In this document: positions 58,072-64,000 of the stretch, piece by piece
How positions within the stretch are numbered: the stretch's first letter is position 1
Layout: every line of letters begins with the position of its first letter
Source: a virus
Reading direction: 5' to 3' (one strand)
IMG/VR virus record: IMGVR_UViG_3300028025_000091
Span: 64,001 to 128,000 of that record
Length of the DNA stretch: 64,000 nucleotides
Notes under the pieces: generated by a model
Databases searched by the model: none
Told to the model about the DNA's origin: nothing
The model's input: the letters and a program-made list of their open reading frames with translations, nothing else
Position numbers and translations under genes: made by a program

Positions 58072-61000
58072 ATGACAACTTATTCATTTATACAATACGA
58101 TGTTTTAAACAATTTGATGTCCTTTAAAGGAACACCAACCCCAGGTTTAAAGACACTTATTAAAAACAATAATTCTAATATTTCTTCTATTAGAGATATT
58201 TTACAAAATGACCAATATGCAGGCGATACTGTAGTCCCAACAGCAGCATCTTCAGCAATAATTAGTTTTTTAGGGGCTACTCCTGAAATTAATTTAGCTA
58301 ATTCAAAAACAATTATTTTAACTATTGAAATCATTGATGATACATCAATAGGAAATACAGTTATAGTTTCTAAAAACTTAGACGGAACTAAAACAGTTGT
58401 TACTAAAGGAGGATTATCATTAGCTATTGAAAACATCAAACCATCTAAAAAATGGGATACGATGGGCAAATGTGATAACTGTCTTAAATTTGCATTTAGT
58501 TCATCAAACGCATATAATTTTACAGGAAATTTAGGAGGTGCATGGAACGGTACATTTAAAAATGGACAAAAAGTTTATGAATTTTATATACCAAACTATT
58601 CATCTCCTGTAGGATTTGGATCTACTGAATTATATAGAATATATTGGAAACCTAACATCACATATTCGGGTATTAATTACAATGGTACTCCATTTACTAT
58701 TACTAATAAACATAAGTGGATAGCTACTCCTGCATCTACAATGGATGTACTTAATGATAATACATTTTTCCACGTTTTAGATAATTTTGATGCTCCTTGT
58801 CCGTATGCTTTAGCTCCTTCATGGTATAATTTCTTTGGAAAGGAAGGATTTTTCCTATTAAATTCTGTTCCACAAACAACTCAAACAAAACCTTGCCCTA
58901 ATTTTATCCCAACCCCAGGAACAGTAAATTGGGGATACAATTGTGGAACAAATGGTTGTGTATCCTCCCCTTCAGGATCAATAGGTGAATTTGCTACTCT
59001 AGCGGCATGTCAAGTAAGTTGTAGTTTACCTACTCCTCCAGCAAGTAGCAGCAATGGATATAACTGTATTGATGGAGATTGTGTTGAAAGTCAAATTTCA
59101 GGAACATTTCAATATACTACTTTAGCTCAATGTGAAGCAAGTTGTAGTGCTCCTTCCCCTGTAACAAGTAGCTGGTATGCTTGTACTCAAAATGGATGTG
59201 TTCAAGTACCATCTGGTTCAGCAGGAGCATTCGTAACTCAAGCAGAATGTGAATCTATTTGTAATATCCCAGTAGGTGGAACTCCAACAACATGTAGTTG
59301 TGATCCTGATTTAAGTCCTGTTATAAACCCAAGTTTTTTCTTAGGATCAACAGGATGGACATTTTCACCATCTGCTTTCACCCCAGGAATTGGTAGTTGG
59401 GATTTTTCACAAGGATATGCTCAAGCTGAGACTGGTGTTACTATGAGTGCACAAAATACTTCAAGTGTATCTTTAACTCAAGCTAACTTGTTTACACTTT
59501 CATGTTCATATGACGTATGTTTCCAAGCATGGACTGGAAATCCTACAAATAATGCCTTAATTACTATTGATACAGGAAATTATACTACTAATTTACCTCA
59601 AGGAACTAGTCCTTTAACAACTGTACCAACAGCATATTCATTTACTATAAACAATATTGAAACTAATGATCTAACTTTATTCTTTGGATTAGATATTACT
59701 GGCTCAAGTGCAAGAATAAATGTAGATAATGTTTGTGTAACTTTAATTGGATGTCCTCCACCTCCACCACCACCATCTGAAGGTACAGGATCAGTAATTC
59801 CACCTGAAGATTGTTACATTACTGGATCTATATATTCTTATGTATCTGCTTCTTATGATTGTTTATGCCCTGAAGGATATGTATCTGATGGAAGTGGAAG
59901 TTGTATTAATAATACCCCAACAATTGTACTTGCTAATTCAGGTCTTTATACTCCATCAAGTATATCCCAATCAAATATAGGTTGGCCTCAAGGTAATGGT
60001 AATATAATACCTGGTTTTTCAATTAACCAACCAAGTACATTATATGCAATTGACCCAACTAATGTTGCAGGATATATCCCGGCAATGGTTGGTATGGCTC
60101 AACCTATATTATTTTACAGTTGGAGTTTTAATGGTGCTGGTTACTCATCAACAAATAACACATCTTCATTTTCTGGAAGTTCTTTAGTGTATAATACTCA
60201 ATATACTTTTGATATATTAAAAAATAATTTCTGGTACCAACCAGATTTAGGTCAAAACTGGACTGCAAGATGGGTTGCTCAACTAGCAAGACAAACAACA
60301 ATTGGAACACCAAGTAATGGGTTTCCTTCAAATGATAGATGGACAGGAATGGGTACTACTATAAGTGCATCCTCCGCAAAGACATATTATATCGGGATTA
60401 TAGGTCAAGGAGCCATGAAAATTAAATTGGATGGTAACACAATACTTTGCACATCCCCTTCAGTAACAAATACTCCTTTATACAACCAAGCTACTTATCC
60501 AGCATATGCCCAAAACGGCTATGCAAGATACCCAAATTATCCTTATGGTCTTTATAATTGGGGGGTATTACCATCACCACTATTTGGTTTTAATAATACT
60601 CTTACTAGTTCGATCTCAAGTTCTTATTTTGACTTTTATTTTCAAAATGCTGGTCCTGAATATGCTTTTGTTGATCCACCAAACACATTTGCAGGAAATG
60701 GTAAATTCCTTTCAGCATATAATTTATACCTTTACCCAGTAACTATGTCTGCGGGATGTCATCAAATTAATATTGAAGCTAATCCTGATAATTTTAAATA
60801 TTGTATATCTTATCAAGGTTTCTTAGGTGGAATTATTTTAGATAATACAGCAGAACAATTAGTTAGTGCTAGTAATTATAACGATTTAAATATTGTTTGG
60901 GATTCAACATATTTAGACCCAATTACTTCTTCATTTCTAGGATATAGTAATAATAATGCAATTACTGAAAGTTATTACCTTTACACATATGATGTAACCA

Positions 61001-62208
61001 CAATCCCTCCAACATCATCATATATTTCCTGGTGCCCTTCAGGATCAACTGCTATTAGTGGAAGTCCATGTAATGGATGTTTAAAATCTGGAAGTATAAA
61101 TAGTACAATAGCATGTGGTAATTGTTTAGAATGTACTCATGGTTTATTATATAACGGATATGTAGTAGATAAAGGTAGTGCTCCTCTACAAGGACGTGGT
61201 CCTGGTGGAATTGTCAATACTGGATCAGCTAATGCTACCACTTGGGTTATACCAACCGAATCAGATTGGAATAACTTAGTAACTTTCTTAAACAATAATA
61301 CAGCACCTGTTGATGTAACTATAACAGGTAGTTTAGGAACAATTGCTGGTGGTAAATTAAAAGATTACACTAGAGATTTAGAAGCTACTTGTTGGGAAAA
61401 TCCAAATATTGGAGCCCAAACAAATACAGGTTCAAGTGGATGGACAGGAACAGCAGGTGGAAGACGTAAAGACGACGGTACATTTGAAGGTCTTGGATTT
61501 GAAGGATTATGGTGGAGTGCTAACTCGTTATCAACCCCACCAATTCAAAATGGAGCATTAATGGCCGCTCGCCGTTTAGAACACTATTCAGCTGATGTTT
61601 ATAGAGATATTTTCCCTAAAAGCTATGGTTGTTCAATCCGTTTAGTTAGACCTGCTACAACCGGTGAAACAAATGGAATGTTTATCCCGGATGCATATGT
61701 TGGTAAAAACGGAACCATGTATGATGGTATTGTAATTAATGATCAAGTTTGGATTGATAAAAACTTATCTGAAACATTATATAATAATGGTACTGCGATT
61801 ACAATTACTACCCCAAATGGTCTTTGGAGTTCAACCCCAGCAGTAGCAACAGCAACATCATGTTATTACGATAATAATGCTACTAATGCTAACATTTTAA
61901 ATGGAAATATAAACCCTGTAACTCAAGAATGTTATATCTTCCCAACATATTACATATATGAAAAATGTGATGGGTCTGAATTTTTAGTACAACCTGTTTC
62001 AGGTAGCACTACTACTGTAGGAAAAGTATTAAAAGATTCAAATTCAGATTGCTGGTCATTCTTTGAATCATCTGAAGGAATCCCAACATACCCTCACACA
62101 TATTCCACAACTAATTATTTCTCAGGAAGTAATGTGATATACAATAATTGTAATGAATGTGAAGCGATTCATACCATTTACATGAAATTTGGAACTAAAA
62201 ACTGTTAA
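58072..62208 (+). CDS. Large Cys-rich protein with FISUMP (Fib_succ_major)-like domain
   Basis: Three (Y/W).C...GCV...G.F.T.A.C...C repeats; GLLYN, W.IPT..DW..L, GGKLK, GG.R...G.F...WWS, G.SIRL. Confidence 0.7.
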   Translation: MTTYSFIQYDVLNNLMSFKGTPTPGLKTLIKNNNSNISSIRDILQNDQYAGDTVVPTAASSAIISFLGATPEINLANSKTIILTIEIIDDTSIGNTVIVSKNLDGTKTVVTKGGLSLAIENIKPSKKWDTMGKCDNCLKFAFSSSNAYNFTGNLGGAWNGTFKNGQKVYEFYIPNYSSPVGFGSTELYRIYWKPNITYSGINYNGTPFTITNKHKWIATPASTMDVLNDNTFFHVLDNFDAPCPYALAPSWYNFFGKEGFFLLNSVPQTTQTKPCPNFIPTPGTVNWGYNCGTNGCVSSPSGSIGEFATLAACQVSCSLPTPPASSSNGYNCIDGDCVESQISGTFQYTTLAQCEASCSAPSPVTSSWYACTQNGCVQVPSGSAGAFVTQAECESICNIPVGGTPTTCSCDPDLSPVINPSFFLGSTGWTFSPSAFTPGIGSWDFSQGYAQAETGVTMSAQNTSSVSLTQANLFTLSCSYDVCFQAWTGNPTNNALITIDTGNYTTNLPQGTSPLTTVPTAYSFTINNIETNDLTLFFGLDITGSSARINVDNVCVTLIGCPPPPPPPSEGTGSVIPPEDCYITGSIYSYVSASYDCLCPEGYVSDGSGSCINNTPTIVLANSGLYTPSSISQSNIGWPQGNGNIIPGFSINQPSTLYAIDPTNVAGYIPAMVGMAQPILFYSWSFNGAGYSSTNNTSSFSGSSLVYNTQYTFDILKNNFWYQPDLGQNWTARWVAQLARQTTIGTPSNGFPSNDRWTGMGTTISASSAKTYYIGIIGQGAMKIKLDGNTILCTSPSVTNTPLYNQATYPAYAQNGYARYPNYPYGLYNWGVLPSPLFGFNNTLTSSISSSYFDFYFQNAGPEYAFVDPPNTFAGNGKFLSAYNLYLYPVTMSAGCHQINIEANPDNFKYCISYQGFLGGIILDNTAEQLVSASNYNDLNIVWDSTYLDPITSSFLGYSNNNAITESYYLYTYDVTTIPPTSSYISWCPSGSTAISGSPCNGCLKSGSINSTIACGNCLECTHGLLYNGYVVDKGSAPLQGRGPGGIVNTGSANATTWVIPTESDWNNLVTFLNNNTAPVDVTITGSLGTIAGGKLKDYTRDLEATCWENPNIGAQTNTGSSGWTGTAGGRRKDDGTFEGLGFEGLWWSANSLSTPPIQNGALMAARRLEHYSADVYRDIFPKSYGCSIRLVRPATTGETNGMFIPDAYVGKNGTMYDGIVINDQVWIDKNLSETLYNNGTAITITTPNGLWSSTPAVATATSCYYDNNATNANILNGNINPVTQECYIFPTYYIYEKCDGSEFLVQPVSGSTTTVGKVLKDSNSDCWSFFESSEGIPTYPHTYSTTNYFSGSNVIYNNCNECEAIHTIYMKFGTKNC

Positions 62209-62226
62209 TATATAAAAAAATAAAAA

Positions 62227-63789
62227 ATGGCATTCAATTATAATACTAATATCAAAAACATTTTATTATCAATGTCCCTTAGCCCGTATTTACCTACGGG
62301 CTCAAGTGTAGGATATGGTTTTAAAATGGCCTATAGTGGATCTAGAACAGGATCCCTTTCAGGGTCTATAACAATATATGATACTGGTTTAGTATCTACA
62401 GGAACCGCTTCATTACAAGTTTTTGTTCCCACATCTTCCTATTTAGATACAGGACTTATTTCCCAATCAATAGCTGCACTAGTAACTCAGTATACTAATT
62501 TCCCTACAGGTACTGCAGATGAAACTATTTCTACTCAAATTATTTATTCTCCTGGAGAAATTACACCTTTAGCTTGTAGCTCAACGTGTTATCAAGGAGA
62601 AACTTATCCATGGGTATGGGATACTCCAACATTAAACCCCCCAGAAATATATACTAGCTTAGTAAATAGACAAACTGTACGACCACTAAAAGGTGGTGTT
62701 TCAATTACATCAACTTCCCATTCAACACCATTTACAAATGGTACTGTTGGAACAATGGGTCTTATATGTCAAGATTCGGCATCTGGTGCTATAGTTGGTT
62801 TAACAAATAATCACGTAGTAATTAGAGATGCTTTTTATACTAGTCAAAGAACCTATACAAACCCACAAAACGAATATAACTTAAACGATTCAAGTACTAC
62901 AGTTCAAGGGGATTATGTATATCAAACAGGTGACTCCCAACCAGTAAATCCTGGAGGAGCAAATGAAATAGGTAGAGTATTAAGATATGTCCCTATTTAC
63001 ACCTCAGCTTCAATTGCAGCTAATCCTTCTTTAGTAAATAACGTAGATGCTGCTATATTTTCTTTATATTGTACTTCTAGTACAGGACAAACAATTATAA
63101 ATTTTTCTCAAGTAGGAGGTGAACAAGTAGGATTAACTTATGGATCTACAATTCCATTTGCATCAACTGTTGAAATTGACCAATTGATGAACTCAAACTA
63201 TGAACTTTTCAGTTCAGGTAGAACTACAGGACCTAAAGGTTCTCCTAGCACATTATGTCCTTTAAGAATACTTGGTTATAAATCATTCCCTATAAAATAT
63301 CCACTTCAAGGAGTTCAAACATTATCTTATTTTACAGATGTAATTGCGTTTGTTAAACCTAACAATAGTGCTTCTTATAACCCTGGTACAAGTAATTCAA
63401 TTGTTGATATTTGCCCTTGGCCAGTATGGGGTGGAGATTCAGGATCTACATTAATAGCTAATATTGGTGGTGTTTGGAAAGTTGTTGGTTTAGTATTTGC
63501 AGGAGATGGTCTTGCTTATAATCCTCAAACTGGTTCTCCAAGTGCTCTTTTACCAAATGGGACATTAGTACCATATCAAATAGCATCTTCAGTAGGATAC
63601 GCTTGCCGTATAGATCAAGTAGCAGCTCAATTAGGAATTAAAGCATGGACTGGGAGTGCAGCACCCGTGGTAGATCATAGTACAATCACATACAAAACAA
63701 TATCAGGAAGTAATAGTACTAAAACTTTAGTTTGTAGTGGTTCAACTTATTGGCAAGTTGGTCTTACAGAAAAACATAACATTTGTTAA
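62227..63789 (+). CDS. Trypsin-like (Nal1-type) serine protease
   Basis: GTMG, LTNNHV (His), VDAAI (Asp), GRTTG, GGDSGS (Ser), VVGLVFAG. Confidence 0.8.
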   Translation: MAFNYNTNIKNILLSMSLSPYLPTGSSVGYGFKMAYSGSRTGSLSGSITIYDTGLVSTGTASLQVFVPTSSYLDTGLISQSIAALVTQYTNFPTGTADETISTQIIYSPGEITPLACSSTCYQGETYPWVWDTPTLNPPEIYTSLVNRQTVRPLKGGVSITSTSHSTPFTNGTVGTMGLICQDSASGAIVGLTNNHVVIRDAFYTSQRTYTNPQNEYNLNDSSTTVQGDYVYQTGDSQPVNPGGANEIGRVLRYVPIYTSASIAANPSLVNNVDAAIFSLYCTSSTGQTIINFSQVGGEQVGLTYGSTIPFASTVEIDQLMNSNYELFSSGRTTGPKGSPSTLCPLRILGYKSFPIKYPLQGVQTLSYFTDVIAFVKPNNSASYNPGTSNSIVDICPWPVWGGDSGSTLIANIGGVWKVVGLVFAGDGLAYNPQTGSPSALLPNGTLVPYQIASSVGYACRIDQVAAQLGIKAWTGSAAPVVDHSTITYKTISGSNSTKTLVCSGSTYWQVGLTEKHNIC

Positions 63790-63827
63790 TGTAAAAATAA
63801 AAATAATATTTATAATAAAACTCAAAC

Positions 63828-64000
63828 ATGGATTACGCAATTTGCTTAGATCAATTCTCAACTAACTTTGATGTTAATAATTTATCATCTAACGGTTTTA
63901 GTATTTACACAAACCTTGATAATTATACAACCCCAATAGCGCAAAATATCCCCTACCAGGATTTATTTGCACCTCCAATTGGAAACTGTCCTTTAGTAGT
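63828..64000 (+). CDS. Hypothetical protein (3'-truncated by window edge)
   Basis: ATG after ATATTTATAA at 63806; MDYAICLDQFSTNFDVNN... open to the window end. Confidence 0.55.
   Translation, partial: MDYAICLDQFSTNFDVNNLSSNGFSIYTNLDNYTTPIAQNIPYQDLFAPPIGNCPLV

Larger units (their letters stand above)
1346..63815 (+). promoter_or_regulatory. Dispersed class II (putative late) promoter motif ATA(T/C)(T/G)TATAA
   Basis: At or near gene junctions at 1346, 3102, 5897, 6284, 7342, 9627, 24863, 29601, 35959, 37561, 39111, 54803, 57068 and 63806, mostly shortly before structural or lysis gene starts (6284 and 37561 carry a mismatch). Confidence 0.7.

Noticed and set aside
3408-60331. Minus-strand and nested short ORFs in the ORF track
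   Set aside because: They overlap well-supported + strand genes and show no recognisable motifs; treated as shadow ORFs.
1-64000. tRNA, rRNA, integrase or att sites
   Set aside because: None recognised by eye, and intergenic gaps are mostly too short; a tRNAscan/Infernal run would be needed to exclude small RNAs.

Overview
This AT-rich window has almost all genes on the + strand and looks like part of a large, probably lytic myovirus. A Bacteroidota (Flavobacteria-like) host is inferred from T9SS sorting domains and host-type promoters. In order, it holds: (1) a contractile tail/baseplate module with two tandem sheath genes, tube, a chaperone with a probable frameshift, tape measure and a split hub followed by three paralogous cassettes carrying different putative muralytic domains; (2) replication genes (compact PolA, gp32-like SSB, RecA/UvsX, 5'-3' exonuclease, DnaB, NrdB/NrdA); (3) a seven-gene secreted/outer-membrane module (cohesin-dockerin T9SS scaffold, two CsgG-like proteins, beta-barrel, lectin-dockerin, HEXXH peptidase); (4) lysis genes; (5) fibre/adhesin genes; (6) metabolic genes and a 7-deazaguanine cluster (TGT/DpdA-like, queC, queD, queE); (7) more large structural-like genes. 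Non-coding structure includes two promoter classes (TTGG-N19-TAYVTT and ATATTTATAA) and an 18-21 bp junction motif (TTTAAACAACAAGAACAATGA, 'KQQEQ-stop/ATG') in six copies between small accessory genes. All product calls come from motif recognition by eye; no database search was run.
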